Virus record (IMG/VR): IMGVR_UViG_3300009068_000006
Direction: 5' to 3' (one strand)
DNA length: 37,933 nucleotides
From: a virus
Shown: in pieces, positions 1 through 8,768 of the stretch
How positions within the stretch are numbered: the first letter of the stretch is position 1
Layout of the letters: each line of letters starts with the position of its first letter
The notes under the pieces: model-generated
Told to the model about the DNA's origin: nothing
The model's input: the letters and a program-made list of their open reading frames with translations, nothing else
Database searches by the model: none
Translations under genes and position numbers: made by a program

Positions 1-1890
1 GGTGGTACAGGTGCTTCAACTGCAAGCACAGCATTTAACAATTTAAGTCCATTAACGACTGCTGGCGATACTTTATATGGCGGTACTAGCGGTGCTGGCA
101 CAAGATTATCCATTGGTACAGCAGGGCAAGTATTAACAGTCAATAGTGGTGCAACTGCTCCACAATGGTCTACACCAGCTACAGGCACAGTAACTAGCGT
201 TGGTGGCACAGGCACCGTTTCAGGTATATCGCTAAGTGGTACAGTTACTTCTAGTGGAAACCTTACTCTTGGTGGCACTTTAGATTTATCTAGCCCCCCA
301 ACAATCGGCAATACAGCACCAAATACAGGTAAGTTCACAACTCTAGAATCAACTGGCACAGGGTCATTTGGCACTACTTCAGCACAATATATTCAAGCAG
401 TAGGAAATGCTACATATCCGCAAATTAAAGCTGCTGGTTCAGGAACGGATATTCCATTAATTTTACAGCCTAAAGGCACAGGAGCATTACAAGCCCAATT
501 AACTGATTCTACTGCTACAGGTGGTAATGCTAGGGGTGCTAATGCTGTTGATTGGCAGACTAATAGAGGAAGTGCTGGACAAGTAGCAAGTGGTGCTTAT
601 GCTGTTGTTTCTGGTGGCTCAAGAAACCAATCAAGTGGTGATTACAGTGCAATAAACGGTGGCTACAACAACAGCAACCAAGCATATATGGGTGTTATTG
701 CTGGTGGTCAAAGCAACATTAACCAAGGCACATATTCTTTTGTTGGTGGTGGACAATTAAATAGTGCTCAAGGTCTTTACACAGTCATTGGTGGTGGGTG
801 GACAAATAGCGGAACAGTACAGGCGGCAGTAACAACTCAGTCTGCCACGATGAACGCTACAACAGCCGTTACATTGTCAGGAAGTAATGCAAGCATTAAA
901 GTTGGTCAATACATTTCGGGTACTTCTATTACTGGTCAAACTTATGTAGCCGCCATATCAGGAACAGCTTTAACCCTTTCCCAAGCCGCATCAGGTTCAT
1001 CTACATCAACTTTATCTTTCTTTACTCCTCATGGCGTAGTAGTAGGCGGTGGTAATAACACAGCAACTGGTAGTTATTCATTTATCGGTGGTGGTGGTGA
1101 TGCTGGTACTGCGGCTAATAGGAATGTGGCTAGTGGGGATTGGTCTGTAGTGGCTGGTGGAGTTAAGAATGTGGCAAGTGGTTTGTATTCAACTGTAGTT
1201 GGTGGGTATGGAAACACATCAAATAATACTGCCGCATTTGTTGGTGGTGGTGGGTTTGCTTTTGGTTCTGTTTTAGTCAATTCATCACAAGGGCAATCAT
1301 CAGGAGTAGTTTCTGGAATTAGTAATAACGCATCAGGTAATGCCGCATTTATTGGGGCAGGATACGGAAATTTATCTAATTCTCAATATTCTGCAATTAT
1401 GGGTGGCAGTTTTGGCACATCTAGAATTATTTCAGGAAACCATGTATTTTCAGCTTGTGTAAACCCTGTAGCACAATCAAGCGGAATTAATCAAGCCGCT
1501 TTATTAATACTTGCTAGACAAACAACTGATGCAACGGCAACTGTTTTATGTTCTGATAATAGTGCCGCAAGCGGAACAAACCAAGTAATACTACCTAACA
1601 ACTCTGCTTACTTCTTTACTGGAGAAGTGGTATCAGGCGTAACTGGCGGTGGAGATACTAAAGGCTGGACTATCGAAGGTGTAATCAAGCGAGGTGCTGG
1701 AGTAGGAACTACAGCCTTGGTCGGTACTCCTACAGTTACTTCCATGTACGCTGATTTAGGTGCGGCAACATGGACTATTGCAGTTACAGCAGATACAACC
1801 AATGGTGGTTTAAAAATTACCTTTACAGGGCAAGCAAGCACGACTATTCGTACAGTTTGCCAAATCCGTACAACAGAAATGACTTACTAA
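1..1890 (+). CDS. Tail fibre / receptor-binding protein, C-terminal 629 codons (the 5' part is 37631..37933; the gene spans the circular junction)
   Basis: Frame 1 is open from base 1 to the TAA at 1888-1890. Bases 1-123 equal 37811-37933 and are in frame with the ATG at 37631, giving a 689-aa product on the closed circle. The protein is G/S/T/N/A-rich with a ~14-aa periodic GG-x-x-N-x-A-x-G-x-x-S motif, e.g. SFVGGGQLNSAQGLYTVIGGG and VVAGGVKNVASGLYSTVVGG, typical of beta-helical fibre or adhesin heads. Confidence 0.75.
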   Translation, partial: GGTGASTASTAFNNLSPLTTAGDTLYGGTSGAGTRLSIGTAGQVLTVNSGATAPQWSTPATGTVTSVGGTGTVSGISLSGTVTSSGNLTLGGTLDLSSPPTIGNTAPNTGKFTTLESTGTGSFGTTSAQYIQAVGNATYPQIKAAGSGTDIPLILQPKGTGALQAQLTDSTATGGNARGANAVDWQTNRGSAGQVASGAYAVVSGGSRNQSSGDYSAINGGYNNSNQAYMGVIAGGQSNINQGTYSFVGGGQLNSAQGLYTVIGGGWTNSGTVQAAVTTQSATMNATTAVTLSGSNASIKVGQYISGTSITGQTYVAAISGTALTLSQAASGSSTSTLSFFTPHGVVVGGGNNTATGSYSFIGGGGDAGTAANRNVASGDWSVVAGGVKNVASGLYSTVVGGYGNTSNNTAAFVGGGGFAFGSVLVNSSQGQSSGVVSGISNNASGNAAFIGAGYGNLSNSQYSAIMGGSFGTSRIISGNHVFSACVNPVAQSSGINQAALLILARQTTDATATVLCSDNSAASGTNQVILPNNSAYFFTGEVVSGVTGGGDTKGWTIEGVIKRGAGVGTTALVGTPTVTSMYADLGAATWTIAVTADTTNGGLKITFTGQASTTIRTVCQIRTTEMTY

Positions 1891-1899
1891 GGAGCAATC

Positions 1900-2169
1900 A
1901 TGGCATTAAAACTTAACCTAGCATCAACTCAATTCGGTGTACCAGCCCCACAAGCCTATGCACGAATTACCAACTTCTTTGGTACAAAAGACCAAATCCA
2001 AGTGCAAGTGGCTATTTACTATAACGAAGAAGCAAGGCATGGCAACATGGCTACAGTTAAAGAAAATGCCCATTACATTGCGATTGAGGACTTAGAAGGC
2101 GATTTAATTCCTGCAATCTATGGAGTATTAAAGACCTTTACTGATTACGAAGGCGCAGTAGACGCATAA
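1900..2169 (+). CDS. Hypothetical structural-module protein (89 aa)
   Basis: ORF with an AAGGAG RBS (ctaaggagcaatcATG), 9 nt after the fibre stop. No motif recognised. Confidence 0.6.
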   Translation: MALKLNLASTQFGVPAPQAYARITNFFGTKDQIQVQVAIYYNEEARHGNMATVKENAHYIAIEDLEGDLIPAIYGVLKTFTDYEGAVDA

Positions 2170-2170
2170 C

Positions 2171-2287
2171 ATGGGTAATTTTTTTAATGGATTTTTCTTT
2201 GCAGGTGGTTTTTTTGGTAGTATTATTACTGCGGCGACACAACTTTATGTAAAACTCCGGTCATTTACGGAACGAGGGAGATATTAA
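2171..2287 (+). CDS. Small hydrophobic peptide (38 aa, MGNFFNGFFFAGGFFGSIITAATQLYVKLRSFTERGRY)
   Basis: Hand-translated and below the ORF-track cutoff. It starts 1 nt after the upstream stop, and its TAA overlaps the next ATG (TAATG at 2285-2289), which suggests translational coupling. It has one predicted TM-like Phe/Gly-rich segment. Confidence 0.35.
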   Translation: MGNFFNGFFFAGGFFGSIITAATQLYVKLRSFTERGRY

Positions 2288-2592
2288 TGTCTATGAATTT
2301 AAAAGCGATAACCGTATGTATTGGTTATCAACAGATTACAAGCCTAAGTTCGGCTCAGAGCCTTACAGTGCCTGCCACTGACTTAACTGGGCTTAATCAA
2401 AAGCCGACTTTTGCCTTAATTACCCCTGAAACTCAAGCTGTTCGGTGGCGTGATGATGGCGTAGCCCCGACCGCTTCGGTTGGTATGCCTTTGGCGGCTG
2501 GCGTCACTTTACAGTACGACGGCAATTTAAAAAACATTCAATTTATTGAGCAAACTGGCAGTGCCAAGCTCAATATCTCTTATTACGCGTAA
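2287..2592 (+). CDS. Hypothetical structural-module protein (101 aa)
   Basis: ORF preceded by a GAGGGAG RBS. No motif recognised. Confidence 0.6.
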   Translation: MSMNLKAITVCIGYQQITSLSSAQSLTVPATDLTGLNQKPTFALITPETQAVRWRDDGVAPTASVGMPLAAGVTLQYDGNLKNIQFIEQTGSAKLNISYYA

Positions 2593-2601
2593 GGAATAGA
2601 C

Positions 2602-3099
2602 ATGGATCTCTCTAACGGCTTTAGCGGTATTGACTCTAGCAAGTTAATGGACTATTTCACCAAAGACTTTTTAAAAGATCTTGGCAAAATGGCTGTTTTA
2701 TGCGATGAATTGGCTAAACGTCAAGGCGCACTGTCCGCTGTTGAGGACGCCAATAAGCTACGTTCAGACGCTCAAACTTACGCTGATAGCGTAAAAGCAG
2801 AGGCCGACATCAATTTAGACCAGGCTAAACAAACTAATGCAGCCTCTAAAGAGCTAAAAAAAGCCTTAGATACGCGTGAAACAGACCTAAATACGCGTGA
2901 AGGTCAGTATGAAACAAATCTAGCCAATTTAACAAAAGCGGCAGAAAAGCACAAAAAGGCTGTAGTTGACAATGAAGCTTCTTTAGCTAAACTACAGTCT
3001 GATTTAGAGGCAAAACAAAGACAAATAGACGCAGACCGAAATGCCTTGGATGAGCGAATTAAAGCCTTCCAGGATAAAGTGGCGTCAATACAGGTTTAA
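2602..3099 (+). CDS. Coiled-coil protein (165 aa)
   Basis: AAGGA RBS. The sequence is highly charged with heptad-like K/E/A/L/Q content (…LQSDLEAKQRQIDADRNALDERIKAFQDKV…). Confidence 0.6.
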   Translation: MDLSNGFSGIDSSKLMDYFTKDFLKDLGKMAVLCDELAKRQGALSAVEDANKLRSDAQTYADSVKAEADINLDQAKQTNAASKELKKALDTRETDLNTREGQYETNLANLTKAAEKHKKAVVDNEASLAKLQSDLEAKQRQIDADRNALDERIKAFQDKVASIQV

Positions 3100-3153
3100 T
3101 TTTTTTAGATCGTACTGGTGCGATACACCAGGGTTTCTTAAGGAAACATCGAA

Positions 3154-3939
3154 ATGGACGAAAGTCAAGAAGTAGTCTTAGCGGACTCAACTGCCGCGCC
3201 AGAACAGGTAGCAACGGCTGCACCTGTAACTGAAGAAGTAGCGCCGGAAGCAGTAGAGCCAACAGAAGCACCCAAAACCTTCTCCCAAGAAGAATTGGAC
3301 GCCGCTATTGGTAAACGACTTGCTAGAGAACAACGTAAGTGGGAAAGAGAACAGGCAGCTAGAGCCGCTGAAAAGCAGCTTAAAACTCCAGTAGAAATCC
3401 CGCCGATTGAGCAGTTTAATTCACCTGACGAGTATGCCGAGGTATTGGCAGAGCGTAAGGCAGAAGAATTGCTTGCTAGGCGTGAACAAGCTAGGATGCA
3501 GTCTGAGATCATTGAGTCCTATCACGACAAAGAAGAAGATGCTCGGAATAAGTACGATGACTTTGAACAAGTTGCGTATAACCCCAAGCTCCCAATCACT
3601 GACGCGATGGCTCAAACGATTCAATCTTCCGATGTTGGCCCCGATATGGCTTATTACCTAGGGTCTAATCCGAAAGAAGCTGATCGTATTTCTCGTTTAT
3701 CGCCGCTTCAGCAGGCCAAAGAATTAGGGAAAATTGAGGCTAAATTAGCTGATAATCCCGTAGTAAAAAAGACTTCGAGCGCTCCAGCACCAATTGCTCC
3801 GATTACGGCAAGATCCTCTGGATCTTCAGCAACAGACACAACGGATCCGCGTGCCATTAAAAGCATGACGACTTCAGAGTGGATTGAAGCTGACCGCCAA
3901 CGTCAGATCAAGAAGTGGGAAGCGCAGAGAAACCGCTAA
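3154..3939 (+). CDS. Putative scaffolding protein (261 aa)
   Basis: Lies immediately upstream of the coat gene and has an AAGGAAA RBS. It is acidic and Ala/Glu/Lys-rich with predicted helical character, and no enzymatic motif. The assignment rests on position and composition only. Confidence 0.55.
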   Translation: MDESQEVVLADSTAAPEQVATAAPVTEEVAPEAVEPTEAPKTFSQEELDAAIGKRLAREQRKWEREQAARAAEKQLKTPVEIPPIEQFNSPDEYAEVLAERKAEELLARREQARMQSEIIESYHDKEEDARNKYDDFEQVAYNPKLPITDAMAQTIQSSDVGPDMAYYLGSNPKEADRISRLSPLQQAKELGKIEAKLADNPVVKKTSSAPAPIAPITARSSGSSATDTTDPRAIKSMTTSEWIEADRQRQIKKWEAQRNR

Positions 3940-3963
3940 CTATTTTTTAATTAGGACTTTATT

Positions 3964-5166
3964 ATGTCAAATTCGATCTTAACCATCGACATGATTACAA
4001 GAAAAGCTCTTGAAATCCTTGAGAACAACCTTGTAATCACACGTAACGTAAACCGCCAATATGATGACTCTTTCGCTGTTGAAGGTGCCAAAATTGGTTC
4101 AACCCTTCGTATCCGCTTACCAGACCGCGCTTTGGTAACTGACGGTGCCGCCTTGCAAGTTCAAGACGACAACGAACAGTACACAACTTTGTCTGTTGCT
4201 AGCCAAAAACACATTGGTGTTAACTTCACCTCTGCTGAATTGACTATGCAGTTAGATGACTTTGCAGAGCGTGTTTTAAAACCACGTATTTCACAGTTGG
4301 CTTCTTCTATCGATGCAGATGTAGCAAACAGCTACAAAGCAATCTATAACTCAGTTGGCACACCTGGCACAACGCCTTCTACTTCTTTGGTGCTGTTACA
4401 AGCTCAACAGAAGCTGAACGAAAACGCTGCTGTTATGTCCCCACGTTACGCTACTGTTAACCCAGCAGCCAACGCAGGCTTGGTTGAAGGCATGAAAGGT
4501 CTGTTTAATCCTACAGACACAATCAGCCGTCAATTTAAGAACGGCATGATGGGTATGGGTGTACTAGGCTTTGATGAAGTTAACATGAGCCAATCTATCA
4601 AGCAACATACAACTGGTGCTTGGGGTACATCTATTACTGTAACTTCAACAGTTGCTACTGAAGGCCAAGCTACTTTAGGTATTAGCTTTACAGGCTCAAG
4701 CAAGACTTGGAACGTAGGTGATGTATTTACAATTGCTAGCGTATACGCTGTTAACCCACAAACCCGTGAGTCAACAGGTAGCTTGCAACAGTTCGTTGTA
4801 ACTGCTGCTGCAACTGGTTCTTCTACAGCTACATTGTCTATTAGCCCAGCGATTTATACGTCTGCTAACGCATTGGCAACTGTGGATTCATTCCCAGTAG
4901 CTGCTGCTGTAGTAACTATGTTGGGTTCTGCTTCTAGCCAGTACGCTCAAAACTTGGTTTACCACAAAGATGCGATCACTTTTGCGACCGCTGACTTGTT
5001 GTTGCCACAAGGTGTTGACATGGCTTCCCGCCAAGTTCATAACGGTATCTCTATGCGTGTTGTACGTCAGTATGATATCAATAATGACCGTTTACCTTGC
5101 CGTATTGACGTTCTATATGGCTTTAGCACAATCCGTCCACAGATGGCCTGCCGTATTTTTGGCTAA
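3964..5166 (+). CDS. Major capsid (coat) protein, P22-coat-like family
   Basis: 400 aa. The N-terminal signature ITRKALEILENNLVITRNVNRQYDDSFAVEGAKIGSTLRIRLPDR matches the pattern I know from P22-type coat proteins. It follows the scaffold gene and is followed by a strong terminator. Confidence 0.85.
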   Translation: MSNSILTIDMITRKALEILENNLVITRNVNRQYDDSFAVEGAKIGSTLRIRLPDRALVTDGAALQVQDDNEQYTTLSVASQKHIGVNFTSAELTMQLDDFAERVLKPRISQLASSIDADVANSYKAIYNSVGTPGTTPSTSLVLLQAQQKLNENAAVMSPRYATVNPAANAGLVEGMKGLFNPTDTISRQFKNGMMGMGVLGFDEVNMSQSIKQHTTGAWGTSITVTSTVATEGQATLGISFTGSSKTWNVGDVFTIASVYAVNPQTRESTGSLQQFVVTAAATGSSTATLSISPAIYTSANALATVDSFPVAAAVVTMLGSASSQYAQNLVYHKDAITFATADLLLPQGVDMASRQVHNGISMRVVRQYDINNDRLPCRIDVLYGFSTIRPQMACRIFG

Positions 5167-5173
5167 TCTAATT

Positions 5174-5198
5174 GCACCCGCGCAAGCGGGGGCTTTTT
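5174..5198 (+). terminator. Rho-independent terminator after the coat gene
   Basis: Stem CCCGC(5177-5181), GCAA loop, stem GCGGG(5186-5190), then a TTTTT run at 5194-5198. Confidence 0.7.
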
Positions 5199-5225
5199 AA
5201 AATTATTTTTTAAGGAATCAATATC

Positions 5226-5621
5226 ATGGCACTTCCAAATGGAGCAGGTGGTTATCAACTAGGCGACGGTAACTTAACAGAAATTAATATGTCTACGCAA
5301 GTAGCTCCTACAGCTAAAGCAGCCGCAGCAACTTTAACTGCTGCTGAATTAGCAACAGGCATTATTAACTACAACGGTACAGCTTCAGCTTTGACAGTTC
5401 CTTTGGGTACTGACTTGGATGCAGCTTTTACTAGCATGAAGGTAAATAGCTCGTTTGACTTTTTTATCATCAATACAGGCGCAACTAACGCTGCAACTGT
5501 AACGGCTAACACAGGTTGTACGTTAGTTGGTACAGCAGCCGTTTCGGCGGCTACGTCGGCTAACTGGCGTGTTCGTAAGACAGACGTAGCAACTTACGTT
5601 TTCTATCGTATTGCTGGTTAA
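5226..5621 (+). CDS. Small virion-associated protein (131 aa), possible capsid decoration or head fibre
   Basis: AAGGA RBS. Ala/Thr-rich and beta-rich composition. Sits directly after the coat gene and is bracketed by two terminator hairpins, suggesting high, separately attenuated expression. Confidence 0.55.
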   Translation: MALPNGAGGYQLGDGNLTEINMSTQVAPTAKAAAATLTAAELATGIINYNGTASALTVPLGTDLDAAFTSMKVNSSFDFFIINTGATNAATVTANTGCTLVGTAAVSAATSANWRVRKTDVATYVFYRIAG

Positions 5622-5630
5622 TGTAATACC

Positions 5631-5654
5631 CCCGCCCTTCGGGGCGGGATTTTA
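5631..5654 (+). terminator. Rho-independent terminator / attenuator
   Basis: Stem CCCGCCC(5631-5637), UUCG-type loop TTCG, stem GGGCGGG(5642-5648), followed by ATTTTA. Confidence 0.65.
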
Positions 5655-5668
5655 TAGGAGAATAGATT

Positions 5669-6109
5669 ATGGGTAATACCAAATCAATGGGCGTAGCTTT
5701 TGAAGATCAAGATTTAAAAAGTTCAAGTAATATTTACGCTTTGGCTGGTACAGGTCAGATTGGCTACAATACTGGCTCAAGTAGTACAGCGCCATCAACC
5801 GTTACACAAGCCACAAGTAAATCAACAGGCGTAACAATTAACGCATCTGTTGGTCAAATTGTGACTAATAACGCTGCGTTGGCTGCGGGCGCTGAAGTAG
5901 CTTTTGTTGTAACTAATAGTTCTATAAGTGCTTATGATGTACCCGTTGTTGCGTTAGCAAGCGGCGCTGCTACAGCAGGGACGTATTTATTTTCTATTGG
6001 TACTGTTGCGGCGGGTTCGTTTACTGTTGTAATTTCAAATGCAAGTGCAGGTAGTTTAAGTGAAGCATTAACTATAAATTTTGCAACTATTCACGTTGCA
6101 CAGGCTTAA
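5669..6109 (+). CDS. Small virion-associated protein (146 aa)
   Basis: AGGAG RBS. Ala/Thr/Ser/Val-rich beta-type composition (…KSTGVTINASVGQIVTNNAALAAGAEVAFVVTNSS…). Followed by a G6/C5 hairpin at 6130-6148 that lacks a U-tract. Confidence 0.55.
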   Translation: MGNTKSMGVAFEDQDLKSSSNIYALAGTGQIGYNTGSSSTAPSTVTQATSKSTGVTINASVGQIVTNNAALAAGAEVAFVVTNSSISAYDVPVVALASGAATAGTYLFSIGTVAAGSFTVVISNASAGSLSEALTINFATIHVAQA

Positions 6110-6165
6110 TTTATTTTTAACTAAAATTAGGGGGGCAGTACGCCCCCTATCTAACTAAAGAAAAT

Positions 6166-6378
6166 ATGCCACTTATTTATCTAGAGCATCCTGACCACGG
6201 CAATAAAGTCGCCACAATGGAACAAGAAGCAGAATTTGATGAACAAAACGGTTGGGTAAGATATACTCACGATACGCCATCAATTTCTGAAAAAGTTGAA
6301 ACAGTAGAAGAAGCTACTGAAGTTGCGGCTCCTGTTAATACGCTGGAAGTAAAAAGACGTCGTAAAACCGCACAGTAA
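6166..6378 (+). CDS. Hypothetical protein (70 aa), acidic with a basic C-terminus
   Basis: ORF in the structural operon. Weak RBS. No motif recognised. Confidence 0.5.
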   Translation: MPLIYLEHPDHGNKVATMEQEAEFDEQNGWVRYTHDTPSISEKVETVEEATEVAAPVNTLEVKRRRKTAQ

Positions 6379-6388
6379 GGAGTAGGCT

Positions 6389-7102
6389 ATGGCGACAACC
6401 GCCGGTGATCAAATTAACGCAGCATTACGTTTAATCGGTATGCTTGCCGAGGGTGAAACGCCTTCTGCCGATACTTCTAATGACGCGCTTAGTGCTTTGG
6501 ATCAAATGATTGATTCATGGAATACTGAGCGTTTGACCGTCTTTTCAACTCAAGATCAAGTTTTTACTTGGACAGCTAATCAAATTCATAGAACATTAGG
6601 CCCTACAGGTAACTTTGTAGGTAATCGTCCTATTTTGCTTGATGATGCCACTTATTTTAAAGACCCAACTAACGGCATTTCGTTTGGTATTAAGATCATT
6701 AACCAACAGCAATACGATGGTATTGCGGTTAAAACGGTGACTTCCACATATCCACAAGTAATGTGGATTAACATGGATTACCCTAATATTGATATGTACG
6801 TTTACCCAGTGCCTATAAAAGCATTGGAATGGCACTTTATTTCGGTTACTGAGTTAACACAACCAACTACTTTAGCAACCAGTTTGACTTTCCCGCCAGG
6901 TTATTTAAGATGCTTTAAATACAACTTAGCGTGTGAAATAGCTACTGAATTTGGCGTTGAACCGCCTGCTAACGTAGCTAGGATTGCCATGACTTCTAAG
7001 CGCAATCTGAAACGCATCAACAACCCTGACGATATTATGTCCTTGCCTTACAGCATTGTTGGCACGCGTCAGCGCTTTAACATCTTTGCCGGTAACTATT
7101 AA
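6389..7102 (+). CDS. Head-to-tail adaptor, P22 gp4-like N-terminal signature
   Basis: AAGGAG RBS. The N-terminus DQINAALRLIGMLAEGETPSADTSNDALSALDQMIDSWNTE resembles the P22 gp4 pattern (…LVRAALRKLGV…DAVDDLEAMMAEW…). It lies immediately upstream of a gp10-like gene, as in P22. Confidence 0.5.
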   Translation: MATTAGDQINAALRLIGMLAEGETPSADTSNDALSALDQMIDSWNTERLTVFSTQDQVFTWTANQIHRTLGPTGNFVGNRPILLDDATYFKDPTNGISFGIKIINQQQYDGIAVKTVTSTYPQVMWINMDYPNIDMYVYPVPIKALEWHFISVTELTQPTTLATSLTFPPGYLRCFKYNLACEIATEFGVEPPANVARIAMTSKRNLKRINNPDDIMSLPYSIVGTRQRFNIFAGNY

Positions 7103-8541
7103 TGAAATCGCATATTTTGGGGCAATCTTATGTTGCCCGCAGCATCAATGCGGCAAACGATGTAATGATGAATTTGTTTCCAGAAGCTACACCTCTTGAA
7201 GGTAAAGAAAACGGTTTTTTAAACAGAACGCCAGGAATGAGCAAACTTGCCACTATTGGCAATGGCCCCATCCGCGCCCTATGGTCAAGTCAAACTAATG
7301 GCGCAGACGCCTACGTTGTATCAGGTAGTGAAGTCTTTAAAATTGATGCTAGTTATCAAGCGGCAAAGATAGGCGACATAACAGGGTCAGGCCCTGTATC
7401 TATTGCCGATAATGGCACTCAATTGTTTTTTGCTTGTAACCCTGACGGATTTATTTACAATACAGTTACTAATATATTTGTACAAATTAGTGACGTAGAC
7501 TTCCCTGGCGCGGTAACTGTAGGCTATTTAGACGGCTATTTTGTATTTAATGAGCCAGACAGCCAAAAACTATGGGTTACTGAGATATTTGACGGCACTA
7601 TTATTGAACCTTTAGCGTTTGCTAGCGCTGAAGGATCGCCCGACTTAGTTCAAGCCATTAACGTAGACCAACGCGAGCTTTGGGTATTTGGTACCGATAC
7701 GATTGAGGTATGGTACAACGCAGGTACCGCCAACTTCCCTTTTGCGCGTATCCAAGGCGCGTTTAACGAGTTAGGGTGCTTAGCCCCTTACTCGGTAGCT
7801 AAACTCGATAACACGCTGTTTTGGCTTGGCAATGACCCCCGTGGCTACGGTATCGTCTATCGTGGTGAAGGCTATCGTGGTAGACGCGTATCTACCCACG
7901 CTGTTGAGTACGCCATTCAAAGTTATGGCGATGTATCTAATGCCCTTGCCTATACGTACCAGCAAGAAGGCCATGCGTTTTATGTCTTGATATTCCCAAC
8001 CGTTAATAAAACTTGGGTGTTTGATGTAGCTACAAGCGCGTGGCATGAGCGTGCAGGTTTTGAAGATGGCTTTTTTACCCGCCATCGTTCAAACTGTCAG
8101 ATGAACTACCAAAGCAAAACCATTGTTGGCGACTACTTAAACGGCAATATCTATGCTTTTGATTTAGATGTTTATGACGATAATGGTGCAGTGCAAAAAT
8201 GGGTTCGTTCATGGAGAGCGCTTCCTACAGGCACTAATAACCTAAAACGCACCGCACAACATTCTTTACAACTTGATTGCGAGTCAGGCGTTGGTACAGA
8301 CACAGGGCAAGCGCAGGATCCACAAGTAATGCTTCGTTGGTCAGATGATGGTGGTCATACTTGGTCAAATGAGCATTGGGTTTCTGTAGGCAAAATAGGC
8401 GCTTATTATCAACGTGCTATTTGGCGTCGCCTTGGTATGACCGTTAAACTTCGTGACCGCGTGTATGAAATTTCAGGCACAGACCCAAATAAGATAGTGA
8501 TTATGGGCGCCGAATTAATACTGAATGGTACAAATGCCTAA
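7102..8541 (+). CDS. Tail hub / packaged-DNA stabilisation protein, P22 gp10-like
   Basis: 479 aa, close to P22 gp10 at about 472 aa. Shared landmarks include IGDITGSGPVSIADNG (P22: VGDVAGSGRVSMAHG), DTIEVWYNAGTANFPF (P22: STIEYFSLTGA) and a C-terminal R-x-x-W-R-R-L-G…V…I…G segment. TAATG overlap with the adaptor gene. Confidence 0.7.
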   Translation: MKSHILGQSYVARSINAANDVMMNLFPEATPLEGKENGFLNRTPGMSKLATIGNGPIRALWSSQTNGADAYVVSGSEVFKIDASYQAAKIGDITGSGPVSIADNGTQLFFACNPDGFIYNTVTNIFVQISDVDFPGAVTVGYLDGYFVFNEPDSQKLWVTEIFDGTIIEPLAFASAEGSPDLVQAINVDQRELWVFGTDTIEVWYNAGTANFPFARIQGAFNELGCLAPYSVAKLDNTLFWLGNDPRGYGIVYRGEGYRGRRVSTHAVEYAIQSYGDVSNALAYTYQQEGHAFYVLIFPTVNKTWVFDVATSAWHERAGFEDGFFTRHRSNCQMNYQSKTIVGDYLNGNIYAFDLDVYDDNGAVQKWVRSWRALPTGTNNLKRTAQHSLQLDCESGVGTDTGQAQDPQVMLRWSDDGGHTWSNEHWVSVGKIGAYYQRAIWRRLGMTVKLRDRVYEISGTDPNKIVIMGAELILNGTNA

Positions 8542-8710
8542 TACGTTAACTACGATCCCCGCGCCACGGGTTCCTTTAGTCGATCCTGATACAGGATTAA
8601 TTTCTAATGAATGGTATCGTTTTTTCTTTAATATATACACATTAACAGGGGCAGGTGGAAATGCTATTACTTTGCTAGATTTGCAACTTAACCCGCCATC
8701 TACTGACTAA
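8534..8710 (+). CDS. Small virion-module protein (58 aa)
   Basis: I chose the ATG at 8534 (MPNTLTT…), which overlaps the gp10-like stop by 8 nt, over the track start at 8525. Contains an NEWYRFFFNIY motif. Confidence 0.45.
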   Translation: MPNTLTTIPAPRVPLVDPDTGLISNEWYRFFFNIYTLTGAGGNAITLLDLQLNPPSTD

Positions 8711-8768
8711 ATATGCTTTTTTATACCTACCCTTCTGATACACTAGCGCGAAAGCTACGAGGTAATTT

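Noticed and set aside
3165-3512. Antisense or out-of-frame ORFs nested in long genes, e.g. 1074..1280, 1608..1841, 3165..3512, 15264..15632, 18152..18526, 21034..21825, 32383..32796, 33007..34296, 35899..36324 and 37582..37923
   Set aside because: Each lies wholly inside a well-supported gene with recognisable motifs. They have low-complexity or Ala/Pro/Ser-rich shadow-frame composition and no RBS.
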